From an uncultured Bacteroidia bacterium (GTDB lineage: Bacteria > Bacteroidota > Bacteroidia > NS11-12g > UBA9320): DNA of 64,000 nt. This document shows, one piece after another, positions 19,236 through 27,652 of this stretch; the stretch's first letter is position 1; every line of letters starts with the position of its first letter. The translations under genes were made by a program, and so were the position numbers. Below the pieces are notes generated by a model that saw nothing but the letters and a program-made list of their open reading frames with translations, did no database searches and was not told the origin of the DNA. The stretch covers positions 1,546,010-1,610,009 of the forward strand of contig OX044357.1 of NCBI GenBank assembly GCA_943846675.1. The letters run 5' to 3'.

Positions 19236-19379
19236 ATGTCAGAAAAGTCAAAACAAGGACTTACAATACAAGAATTAAAAACCTATAGCGGATTTGAAAA
19301 ACTAAGTGAGAAGGAATTAGAACAAGCGCTTCGATTTATTGAGTTGATGAGTGAGGTGCTTATTGAAACATTGAAATAA
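19236..19379 (+). CDS. possible small ORF (47 aa, helical) upstream of the recombinase; a speculative RDF/Xis-like candidate
   Basis: MSEKSKQGLTIQELKTYSGFEKLSEKELEQALRFIELMSEVLIETLK* ends 8 nt before the recombinase start. There is no homology evidence, and it overlaps the tracked ORF 19100..19288 in another frame. Confidence 0.25.
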   Translation: MSEKSKQGLTIQELKTYSGFEKLSEKELEQALRFIELMSEVLIETLK

Positions 19380-19386
19380 AAGAATA

Positions 19387-21015
19387 ATGCAGCATGTAGA
19401 TCAACAATTGGCAGTCTTTGCCAAAGGGCAAAAGAACAACAAAGGGAAGGCCATTACAGCGGTCATGTATACCCGTGTATCGACCAAGGAACAGGCCGAT
19501 AACAATCAGAGTCTCTTTACGCAAGCAAAGCACATCAAGCAATTTGCAATGAACAATGATTTGCAGATAATAGGGGAATTTGGTGGGACTTATGAAAGCG
19601 CCAAGAGTGATGAACGGGTTCAGTTCAAACAAATGATTGCCTTTGTCAAAAGACATAAGGTAGATGCCATTGTGGTATACTCGATGGATCGCTTTTCAAG
19701 AAGTGGTCCCAATGCTATTTACATTTCAGAACAACTCAGAAAGATAGGTACTGAGATTATATCTGTAACCCAACCTGTAGACGCCTCTACAGCTGCTGGG
19801 GAATTGCAACAGGGAATTTACTTTATGTTCTCACAATATGAGAATCAGCAAAGGCGCTTAAAGTCCATGGCGGGCACCCGTGAAAAGCTATTACAAGGAC
19901 ATTGGGTTACCAAACCACCCTTAGGGTACAAGAAGATCACAGAAGGTGGACAAAAGAAAATAGTCATCACAAAAGAAGGTAGATTGCTGGCAGCAGCATT
20001 TAGAAGAAAGATTAAGTACAACTACGAATTTACTGAAATTAGTAAGTGGCTGTCAACAAGAGGTCTAAAGGTGAGTCATAAAAGATTATCTGAGTTATGT
20101 AGAAACGTATTTTATTGCGGTTTCATGGCCCATCAGGCATTAAATGGAGAGATTGTAAAGGGCAATCATGAAGGACTCATCACACGTAATGAGTTCTTGA
20201 AGCTGAATGGCATGCTTCAAATCAGACCTGCCAAAAAGCCAAAATCAAAAATGTTGGATCATCTACCCTTAAAGAGGCACATGCATTGCTCAAAGTGCAG
20301 CAAACCAATGACGGGTTACTTTGTGCGACCAAAGAAGTTATATTACTACAAGTGCAATACGAAAGGTTGTAAAGTCAATAGAAGTGCTAAGGTGTTAAAC
20401 CGAAACTGGGAACAGACGCTTTCCAATCTTCAGATAGATGCAAAATACGTTACACCCATCCAAGAACAGCTCAAACGAAAGCTCGAAAGCTTAAAAGAAG
20501 ACTCTGGTGATGGGCTAAAACAGTATCGCAGTAACAAAACAAAGGTTGAGAGGAAGATAGAGATGTTGGAAGAACGATTTGTAATAGGAGAAATTACCAA
20601 AGACTTATTTGATAAGTACGCTGCTAAATATAGAGAAGAATTGGTGGCAATATTAGAAGAAATCGACAAATGTGGAATTTCATTATCGAACCCTGATCAG
20701 GTAATCAAGCAGGCCACTGATTTGATGTCTAAACTTCAGAAAACCTGGCAGTTATCAAAATCAACAGAAAGATCAAAGTTGCTTAAAGCGGTCTACCCAA
20801 GCGGAATTTGGCTTGATCCTGAAAATAACAGTTATCGAACTTTTGGTTTGAACCCAGCGGTGCGCTGTATCCTAGATATAACGGGGAAATCCGTAGAAAA
20901 GGAAAAGCGGAATAGTGAAGATAAACTCACATATTCCGCTTTGGTAGCCCCTAGGGGAATCGAACATAGCTTCGTATCATTCGCTGGAGCTAATATACCT
21001 ATTTTAACATTTTAA
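19387..21015 (+). CDS. large serine recombinase (resolvase catalytic domain + recombinase domain + zinc-ribbon)
   Basis: 542 aa. It carries the catalytic motif VMYTRVSTKEQ...SMDRFSRSG (resolvase/invertase N-terminal domain), a long recombinase domain, a Cys-rich zinc ribbon (CSKCSKPMTGYF...YYYKCNTKGC) and a C-terminal coiled-coil. Confidence 0.85.
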   Translation: MQHVDQQLAVFAKGQKNNKGKAITAVMYTRVSTKEQADNNQSLFTQAKHIKQFAMNNDLQIIGEFGGTYESAKSDERVQFKQMIAFVKRHKVDAIVVYSMDRFSRSGPNAIYISEQLRKIGTEIISVTQPVDASTAAGELQQGIYFMFSQYENQQRRLKSMAGTREKLLQGHWVTKPPLGYKKITEGGQKKIVITKEGRLLAAAFRRKIKYNYEFTEISKWLSTRGLKVSHKRLSELCRNVFYCGFMAHQALNGEIVKGNHEGLITRNEFLKLNGMLQIRPAKKPKSKMLDHLPLKRHMHCSKCSKPMTGYFVRPKKLYYYKCNTKGCKVNRSAKVLNRNWEQTLSNLQIDAKYVTPIQEQLKRKLESLKEDSGDGLKQYRSNKTKVERKIEMLEERFVIGEITKDLFDKYAAKYREELVAILEEIDKCGISLSNPDQVIKQATDLMSKLQKTWQLSKSTERSKLLKAVYPSGIWLDPENNSYRTFGLNPAVRCILDITGKSVEKEKRNSEDKLTYSALVAPRGIEHSFVSFAGANIPILTF

Positions 21016-21089
21016 TTTCCAGCACCTTGGGTCTTACGGCTTTTCCGAGGTTACCCTTCGAAAATTACTGAAGGGTTAAAAAGGGGGAT

Positions 21090-21230
21090 TTAGGATTTAG
21101 GAATTAGGAGTTAGGGGAGGAGAGGAAAGAGAAAAGAGAATAGAGAAAAGACCTTACTAATCTGCCAATAGCTAATAGCCAAAAGCCAATAGCGATTAGG
21201 GATCGCCTAAATGAATAGAGAAAATAGATT
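21090..21230. repeat. low-complexity TTAGG / AGAGAAnAGAG / AATAGC repeat tract related to 2988..3075
   Basis: gggggatttaggatttaggaattaggagttaggggaggagaggaaagagaaaagagaatagagaaaag...gccaatagctaatagccaaaagccaatagcgattaggg. Confidence 0.6.
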
Positions 21231-21342
21231 TAAGAGATTAAGTCTAAAATTTCTCAATACTTTATACTTATATATCCCTTCTCCGTTAATAACTTTTACT
21301 CCAAACAAATTATTAGAACTTTGGGTTTGCTATTTTTGAATT

Positions 21343-22368
21343 GTGCAAAACGAAAATCTTGATCCGTCTTTAGATAACTTGTCAAATTCTGATAGAGACA
21401 TTGAGAAAGTACTCCGCCCTGCCAGTTTTAGTGACTTTAGTGGGCAAGACAAGATTCTGACAAATCTGAAGATTTTTGTTCAAGCCGCCGTTCAGCGGGG
21501 AGAAGCATTAGACCATGTATTGCTTCATGGGCCTCCAGGGTTGGGTAAAACGACTTTAAGTAACATTATCGCTAACGAGATGAATAGCGCGATAAAAGTG
21601 ACAAGTGGTCCTGTCTTAGAGAAACCCGGTGATTTAGCAGGTTTGTTGACGAACTTAGAAGAAGGCGATGTACTTTTTATTGACGAGATACATCGACTGA
21701 GCCCGGTAATAGAAGAGTATTTGTATTCGGCCATGGAGGATTATCGAATCGATATCATGCTCGATACCGGTCCGAACGCCAGAAGTGTGCAGATAACCAT
21801 TAACCCATTCACCCTTGTGGGCGCCACGACACGTTCAGGATTGCTTACGGCGCCTTTACGCGCACGATTTGGTATTACTTGTCGATTAGAATACTACGAT
21901 GCATCCTTGCTCGCTCAAATTCTGAAACGGTCGTCCGATATTTTACATACACAGATTGATGACCAAGCGGCGAATGAAATAGCGCGTAGAAGTAGAGGTA
22001 CACCACGTATAGCGAACGCACTTTTACGTCGGACAAGAGATTTTGCCCAGATTAAGGGTAACGGTCAAGTAGACCTTGAAATAGCTAAATATGCCTTAGA
22101 GGCTTTAAATGTAGATGCTACTGGTCTGGACGAAATGGACAACCGTATTTTGAGTACGATTATTGAAAAGTTTAAAGGAGGCCCAGTCGGTATTAATACC
22201 ATTGCTACAGCGGTCGGAGAGGAAGCCGGCACGATTGAAGAAGTGTACGAACCTTTTTTAATTAAGGAAGGCTATATCCAACGAACAGCCAGAGGTAGAG
22301 AAGCAACGCATTTGGCATACGAACATTTGGGTAAAATCCCTCCGCAAAAAATAAACAGTTTGTTTTGA
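21343..22368 (+). CDS. ruvB: Holliday junction branch-migration helicase RuvB
   Basis: 341 aa with the AAA+ Walker A motif [19 protein letters not shown] and the RuvB C-terminal winged helix. It reads colinearly into the next gene. Confidence 0.9.
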   Translation: MQNENLDPSLDNLSNSDRDIEKVLRPASFSDFSGQDKILTNLKIFVQAAVQRGEALDHVLLHGPPGLGKTTLSNIIANEMNSAIKVTSGPVLEKPGDLAGLLTNLEEGDVLFIDEIHRLSPVIEEYLYSAMEDYRIDIMLDTGPNARSVQITINPFTLVGATTRSGLLTAPLRARFGITCRLEYYDASLLAQILKRSSDILHTQIDDQAANEIARRSRGTPRIANALLRRTRDFAQIKGNGQVDLEIAKYALEALNVDATGLDEMDNRILSTIIEKFKGGPVGINTIATAVGEEAGTIEEVYEPFLIKEGYIQRTARGREATHLAYEHLGKIPPQKINSLF

Positions 22369-23294
22369 GTTCGCTCACGCTTAGACAACGAACGGAATTC
22401 GTAAAAAAAACAGTTAAAGAACACGGATTTCTCAATTGCGGAATCAGCCAAAGTGGATTCCTCGAAGAAGAAGCTCCTCATGTAGAATCATGGCTTTCCA
22501 ATGGCTATCATGGGTCTATGCAATGGATGGAGAATCACTTTGATAAGCGTCTTGATACCTCTAAACTAGTTGAAGGGTCCAAATCCGTCATCACCATGAC
22601 GTTCAATTATTTTCCAGAAGAGTTTCAAAAACCTGGAGCTCCGAAGGTGGCGAAATACGCTTATGGGGAAGATTATCACTTTGTACTCAAAGACAAAATG
22701 CGGTTGGTGCTAGAAAGCCTGCAGAGAGAAATTGGTGCATTCGAATCACGCATATTTGTCGATAGCGCCCCTGTACTTGAACGCGCATGGGCTGCTAAAT
22801 CTGGATTAGGTTGGATTGGCAAACACTCCTTATTGCTGAGTAAAAAACAAGGCTCATTTTTCTTTATTGCTCAAATCATCTGTGATTTAGAGCTTGACTA
22901 CGACGGGCCAACGACAGATCACTGTGGTAGTTGTACGGCCTGCATTGACGCTTGCCCCACAGATGCGATTGTGGCGGATCGGATTGTTGACTCGAACAAA
23001 TGTATTTCATACTTAACCATCGAGTTGAAAGATCAAATATCAAACGACTTTAAAGATCAGATGGAGGATTGGATCTTTGGTTGCGACATCTGCCAAGATG
23101 TGTGCCCTTGGAATAGATTTTCAACGCCAAACCAAGAAGCCAGGTTTAAGCCTCGCGATGCAATACTTCAAAATTCTTTGGAGGATTGGGAAGAAATAAC
23201 GGAAGATGTTTTTAAGGATATATTCAAAAAGTCGGCCGTCAAAAGAACGAAGTTTTCAGGTTTTTTACGGAATTTGCGGTTTGCAAACCAATAA
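22365..23294 (+). CDS. queG: epoxyqueuosine reductase QueG
   Basis: 309 aa with 4Fe-4S ferredoxin motifs ([16 protein letters not shown]; [12 protein letters not shown]), a pattern characteristic of QueG. It overlaps the ruvB stop by 4 nt. Confidence 0.75.
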   Translation: MSSLTLRQRTEFVKKTVKEHGFLNCGISQSGFLEEEAPHVESWLSNGYHGSMQWMENHFDKRLDTSKLVEGSKSVITMTFNYFPEEFQKPGAPKVAKYAYGEDYHFVLKDKMRLVLESLQREIGAFESRIFVDSAPVLERAWAAKSGLGWIGKHSLLLSKKQGSFFFIAQIICDLELDYDGPTTDHCGSCTACIDACPTDAIVADRIVDSNKCISYLTIELKDQISNDFKDQMEDWIFGCDICQDVCPWNRFSTPNQEARFKPRDAILQNSLEDWEEITEDVFKDIFKKSAVKRTKFSGFLRNLRFANQ

Positions 23295-23297
23295 TGA

Positions 23298-24713
23298 ATG
23301 GCAGATCAAGAGGAAGAACCTAAGGAAGAAATAAAATCCAATGCGTCCGGATTGTTTCGAGGTATTCGAAACTTAATTCGTGAGATTTTTAATATCCATG
23401 ACGAGGTTGATCGCGTAGGGACAGCCAAAACAATTCGAAAAGACGTCGTTTTTAAGGGGTTTAATATTTGGATCCTCATACTTTCCATTTTGATATGTAG
23501 CATCGGACTAAACCTAAACTCACCGGCTATAATCATCGGCGCCATGTTGATTAGTCCACTTATGGGGCCAATTACAGGAATTGGTTTTGCTGTTGGTACA
23601 TTCGATCGGGATCTATTGTTTTTGGCCCTGAAGAACTTCTTCATAGCCGTAATCATAAGTGTTTTAGCCTCATTCGTGTTTTTCTATTTTGCTCCGATTG
23701 GTTTTGATCGTTCGGAATTGGAAAGTAGGATTTCTCCAGGTGTCTTGGATCTATTTGTTGCTATTTTTGGCGGGTTTGCCGGGATACTGGCAGGTACGAG
23801 GGGCAGTAAAACGAATGTTATTCCTGGGGTGGCTATTGCCACAGCATTAATGCCGCCATTGTGCACTGCTGGCTATGGCTTGGCTAATGGCGACATGACC
23901 TATTTTTTGGGAGCGTCCTATTTGTTTTTCATTAATTCCGTATTCATAAGCTTGTCTGCGTTTTTAGTAGTGCGTTATTTACGTTTTCCTATTGCCAGCT
24001 ATGTGAATCCAAAAGTTAGGCGAAGAACCAAAACGTTAATTGTTCTTTTTGTGATCATCGTTGCCATACCGAGTGTTATCATTTATAGTAAGGCGTTACG
24101 AGAAACTATATTTAACACCGAAGCAAGAACCTTTATCAATACACATGTAAACGACAGCAAGCACAGCGCGATTAACCCACAGTTAAGTTTTTCAGACACG
24201 TTGAATACCATCAAACTTTTTGTTTATGGAGAAGCGTATTCAGAAGAAGAAAAAGACTCCATTGCCTTATTGATGCAAAACTACAGACTGCAGAATACGC
24301 GTTTGGAAATTCATAACATGGGCACCTTTGACACCTATAAGAGCTTAGCGCAACAAAAGGACGCCATCATTGGGGAAACTCAGCTGTTAAGTAATCAATT
24401 AAGTGTTGAGTTGGTGTCTAAAAATATTGAAAATCAATCGCTCAATACCCGGATAGAAAAAGTAAATCAGTCTTGTGCTGCCTTAAATCAGCTTACAAAA
24501 GAGGCCCAACTCATATTTGAAAGTATTGAGACGTTGGACTATGCAATAAAACCACTTGACGACAGTTTACATAATATGGCGTTGGTAATTTTGGTTGACT
24601 GGGATGTCAAACAGCGGGGTACAAATCATGAAAAGGACAAGCAACGATTGTCGGATTGGATTAACCTAAAGTTTGCCTCAACTGATTCTATTCGCCTTGT
24701 GGATGTGCATTAA
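23298..24713 (+). CDS. polytopic membrane protein (DUF389-like hydrophobic domain) with a C-terminal soluble coiled-coil region
   Basis: 471 aa with about 6 predicted TM helices (ILILSILICSIGLNL, IIIGAMLISPLMGPITGIGFAVG, ...) followed by a roughly 200-aa hydrophilic tail. The family assignment is tentative. Confidence 0.5.
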   Translation: MADQEEEPKEEIKSNASGLFRGIRNLIREIFNIHDEVDRVGTAKTIRKDVVFKGFNIWILILSILICSIGLNLNSPAIIIGAMLISPLMGPITGIGFAVGTFDRDLLFLALKNFFIAVIISVLASFVFFYFAPIGFDRSELESRISPGVLDLFVAIFGGFAGILAGTRGSKTNVIPGVAIATALMPPLCTAGYGLANGDMTYFLGASYLFFINSVFISLSAFLVVRYLRFPIASYVNPKVRRRTKTLIVLFVIIVAIPSVIIYSKALRETIFNTEARTFINTHVNDSKHSAINPQLSFSDTLNTIKLFVYGEAYSEEEKDSIALLMQNYRLQNTRLEIHNMGTFDTYKSLAQQKDAIIGETQLLSNQLSVELVSKNIENQSLNTRIEKVNQSCAALNQLTKEAQLIFESIETLDYAIKPLDDSLHNMALVILVDWDVKQRGTNHEKDKQRLSDWINLKFASTDSIRLVDVH

Positions 24714-24715
24714 CT

Positions 24716-25273
24716 ATGAAAAAACTGTTTGTCTTATGGGCCGTTTGTGTTTGTTTTAGTTTTAAAACAAGCAATGCTGACTTTGAGCAGGACTATGTGG
24801 ACACACAACAAATTGAATCTTTAATTGTCAAGAGGCTCAACGAAATCAGAGCCCAAAAAGAACTTTCTGTTTTAACTGAAAACACAATTCTAAAAAAGGC
24901 AGCTGATGATCAAGCCCGCTACATTTCCAACAAAGGTTCGTTATCACATAGTCAACCTTCTAAGGCTAAGGAAAAAACACGTAACAGGGTGGAGTATTAC
25001 GGAGGCAAAATGCAAGGTATAGGAGAGAATACAGCCTACTTAAAGGTGTTCGGGAGGGCCCTGTTTAAAGGAAAAGAGGGTCAAATAGATACCGTTAATA
25101 TTAACACTGTAGATAGAGCAGTGGATTACTTCGTTTATGCATGGATGAACTCTGTACCGCACAAAACCAACATTCTATACCCCGATTACAGTGAAACGGG
25201 CTTAAAGGTTATTTACAACAAGCAGCGCAAAGCCTTGTATGGTGTTCAAGTATTTGCCTACCCGTATAAATGA
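24716..25273 (+). CDS. secreted CAP/SCP/PR-1-like domain protein
   Basis: 185 aa with a signal peptide. The motifs HSQ...GENTAY...YFVYAWMNSVPHKTNIL are consistent with a CAP domain, but the call is tentative. Confidence 0.45.
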   Translation: MKKLFVLWAVCVCFSFKTSNADFEQDYVDTQQIESLIVKRLNEIRAQKELSVLTENTILKKAADDQARYISNKGSLSHSQPSKAKEKTRNRVEYYGGKMQGIGENTAYLKVFGRALFKGKEGQIDTVNINTVDRAVDYFVYAWMNSVPHKTNILYPDYSETGLKVIYNKQRKALYGVQVFAYPYK

Positions 25274-26085
25274 AAATCTTCGGTCGATGTATTTGGTTTT
25301 TGGTGTTAACCGTTGTAACCCAAGTCGGGGGAATTATCTATCTATTCAATATTGGCATACATAGATATGTTTGGAAACCCAAAAAAAGCAAATGGTTAAA
25401 GCGGCAGTTTAGCTTTATCGTTATGTATGTTTCGATTTGTTTGATGGTTGTACCGCCAGTAGCAAGGTTGAATGACAGACAGCCACTACCATGGTTTAAG
25501 GTAACGACCTTGCAGCCTCAAAACTGGTTTACCATTGTCTGTAATCGACATTATGTGCACACCGCGTTATACCCATTAATCACTCAAGTTGCCGACGATT
25601 TTAATGCGACTTCTGAATACAACGAAGCATCATTGACCATAAACTACCTTGATGCGAACTTTCCATTTATAGATGGATTTCCACTGATTCCACATTTGAG
25701 TCACAACGATGGGAAAAAACTCGATCTCGCTTTTCGATATCAGTCAATAAGTACGCCGTTAGCCGTAAATCAAACTAAGTCTTTGTTGGGTTATGGTGTA
25801 TACGTTGAACCTGCGTCAGGTGAGTTAAATCAAACAACGGCTTGCAAGAAAAACCGCTGGCAATACGATATTACCAAGTATATCGGGTTTCCAATTAACG
25901 ATGGTCTCATCTACGACGAAGACCAGACTAAACGCTTAATGACGCTTTTGGTTGCTGCGAATACGGAGAAAATATTCATCGAACCGCATTTAAAAACACG
26001 GATGGGAATTCAATCAGATAAGGTGAGATTCCATGGTTGCCACGCGGTCAGGCACGACGATCATATACATATTCAAGTACAGTAG
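25270..26085 (+). CDS. LAS-family zinc metallopeptidase-like membrane-anchored protein (MepA-like)
   Basis: 271 aa with N-terminal TM helices. HLSHNDGKKLDLAF (H-x-x-x-D) and a C-terminal HDDHIHIQV (HxH) match the LAS peptidase zinc-ligand pattern. Confidence 0.45.
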   Translation: MKIFGRCIWFLVLTVVTQVGGIIYLFNIGIHRYVWKPKKSKWLKRQFSFIVMYVSICLMVVPPVARLNDRQPLPWFKVTTLQPQNWFTIVCNRHYVHTALYPLITQVADDFNATSEYNEASLTINYLDANFPFIDGFPLIPHLSHNDGKKLDLAFRYQSISTPLAVNQTKSLLGYGVYVEPASGELNQTTACKKNRWQYDITKYIGFPINDGLIYDEDQTKRLMTLLVAANTEKIFIEPHLKTRMGIQSDKVRFHGCHAVRHDDHIHIQVQ

Positions 26086-26128
26086 GTGGGTGGAGGAATA
26101 AAGTAATATTCTTTAACTTCGTTACTCA

Positions 26129-26620
26129 ATGAAAACCTTAACCCTAGTAAGACATGCAAAATCGGACTGGACTTACGATTTACCAGACCATGATCGGCCA
26201 TTGAATAAAAGGGGTAAACACGATTTGCCCATAGTAGCAGACCGTTTAAGTCAATTTGATTGTTCACCAGATGTTTGCTATTTCAGTTCTGCTCGACGAG
26301 CAACTGATACCGCAAATGGCTTACTTGATTATATGAATGTACCGAGCAAACGTGTACAAACTAAGGAACTCTACACATTCGATTCCGGTGAGCTGTTGAA
26401 GTTTATAAAGGGAATTGACAATGACGTTAATCATGCGATGATTGTCTCGCATAATCCGGGATCCACCGATTTAATCAATCAAATAAGTCACATAAACTTG
26501 GATAACCTGCCTACCTGTGGTTACGCACAGTTTACATTTAAGATAACAGCTTGGGCCGAGATTGCAGATGTTAAAGGGGATTTAGACTTGCTGGAGTATC
26601 CTAAGATGATTGGGAGCTAA
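26129..26620 (+). CDS. sixA: SixA-type histidine phosphatase family protein
   Basis: 163 aa with the N-terminal LTLVRHAKSDW (RHG-type motif) and a phosphohistidine phosphatase fold. Confidence 0.7.
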   Translation: MKTLTLVRHAKSDWTYDLPDHDRPLNKRGKHDLPIVADRLSQFDCSPDVCYFSSARRATDTANGLLDYMNVPSKRVQTKELYTFDSGELLKFIKGIDNDVNHAMIVSHNPGSTDLINQISHINLDNLPTCGYAQFTFKITAWAEIADVKGDLDLLEYPKMIGS

Positions 26621-26694
26621 TAGAGAATTGAGAATTAAAAACTGTCCTGGGTCACCAGTCAAGCATCTAAACCAGTCTCACTACTTTATTCTTA

Positions 26695-27573
26695 CTACTT
26701 AACCTTAAAAATAGTTTTTCTGCCGTTTAGATTTGCCTCAGCGTAATGATCGCATGCCCCATTATCGAATGGGTCGTAATTGATAGACACGACTTGTGTC
26801 CCTTCTTTTGCTGCTACGGTGACTACTCCAGAAACAAAAGTTCCGGCGCAACCTTTTTCCATTTGCTTAACCAACGGCTGGTCTATAGAAACATGAAAAG
26901 GATCGCCATCTCTGTTAGTCCCAGAAGCCGAGCCAGTAACGGCGTATACGTCACCCCAAATACCATCTCCATTGTCCTTTGTTTGAACTATAACACGATC
27001 GCTTTGCCATGTAAATGAATTGTCGTCAGAAATAACTTGTGCATCAGTAACACGTACGCGAATTCCGGCCACCCCAGTAAGATTAATCGTTGTTTTACCG
27101 ACAAGTTGAACCATATCAATTCCATTTCCAGAGAAGAACGAATCTTCCTCGGACGTTGTGACAACGGCTCTAAATTCGGCTGATTGAATGGACTGACTTA
27201 CATAAATATGCATTTTACCTGCACGATAACGCCCGTCTTGGCACAGTGTTCCTTTTGGTTCGTCGTTGCCTAATCCGCCAAAGTCAACTAGTACGGAAAC
27301 ACCGTCTCCATCTAAATAAGACGTATCAATAAATTGAATATCCGTAGTACTTGGAATAATGGTGGTTTCAGACTTACGAAACTTTTTATCCGTGGCTATC
27401 ACATCGTATGCCGCATCAAAAATGGCGAAAAAATGGGTTTCCGCCTGACTGTTGTCTTGCGCTGAATTTATATTTTCTTTAACCTCAGGCAATTGTTCTG
27501 TACAATTACTAAGTGAGAGTAGTAGTCCGAGACTTAAAACTAAAAGAAGTTTTTTCATTATGTGCTTACGCAT
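26695..27573 (-). CDS. hypothetical lipoprotein
   Basis: 292 aa with a lipoprotein signal (LLLSLSNC). No recognisable catalytic motif. Confidence 0.55.
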   Translation of the reverse strand: MRKHIMKKLLLVLSLGLLLSLSNCTEQLPEVKENINSAQDNSQAETHFFAIFDAAYDVIATDKKFRKSETTIIPSTTDIQFIDTSYLDGDGVSVLVDFGGLGNDEPKGTLCQDGRYRAGKMHIYVSQSIQSAEFRAVVTTSEEDSFFSGNGIDMVQLVGKTTINLTGVAGIRVRVTDAQVISDDNSFTWQSDRVIVQTKDNGDGIWGDVYAVTGSASGTNRDGDPFHVSIDQPLVKQMEKGCAGTFVSGVVTVAAKEGTQVVSINYDPFDNGACDHYAEANLNGRKTIFKVK

Positions 27574-27652
27574 TCTTTTACGTGTGCAAATATAACGTGC
27601 GGTTTTGTTCTAAATTTTCACAGATTTGTAAATTGCTGATCACTAAATTGTA

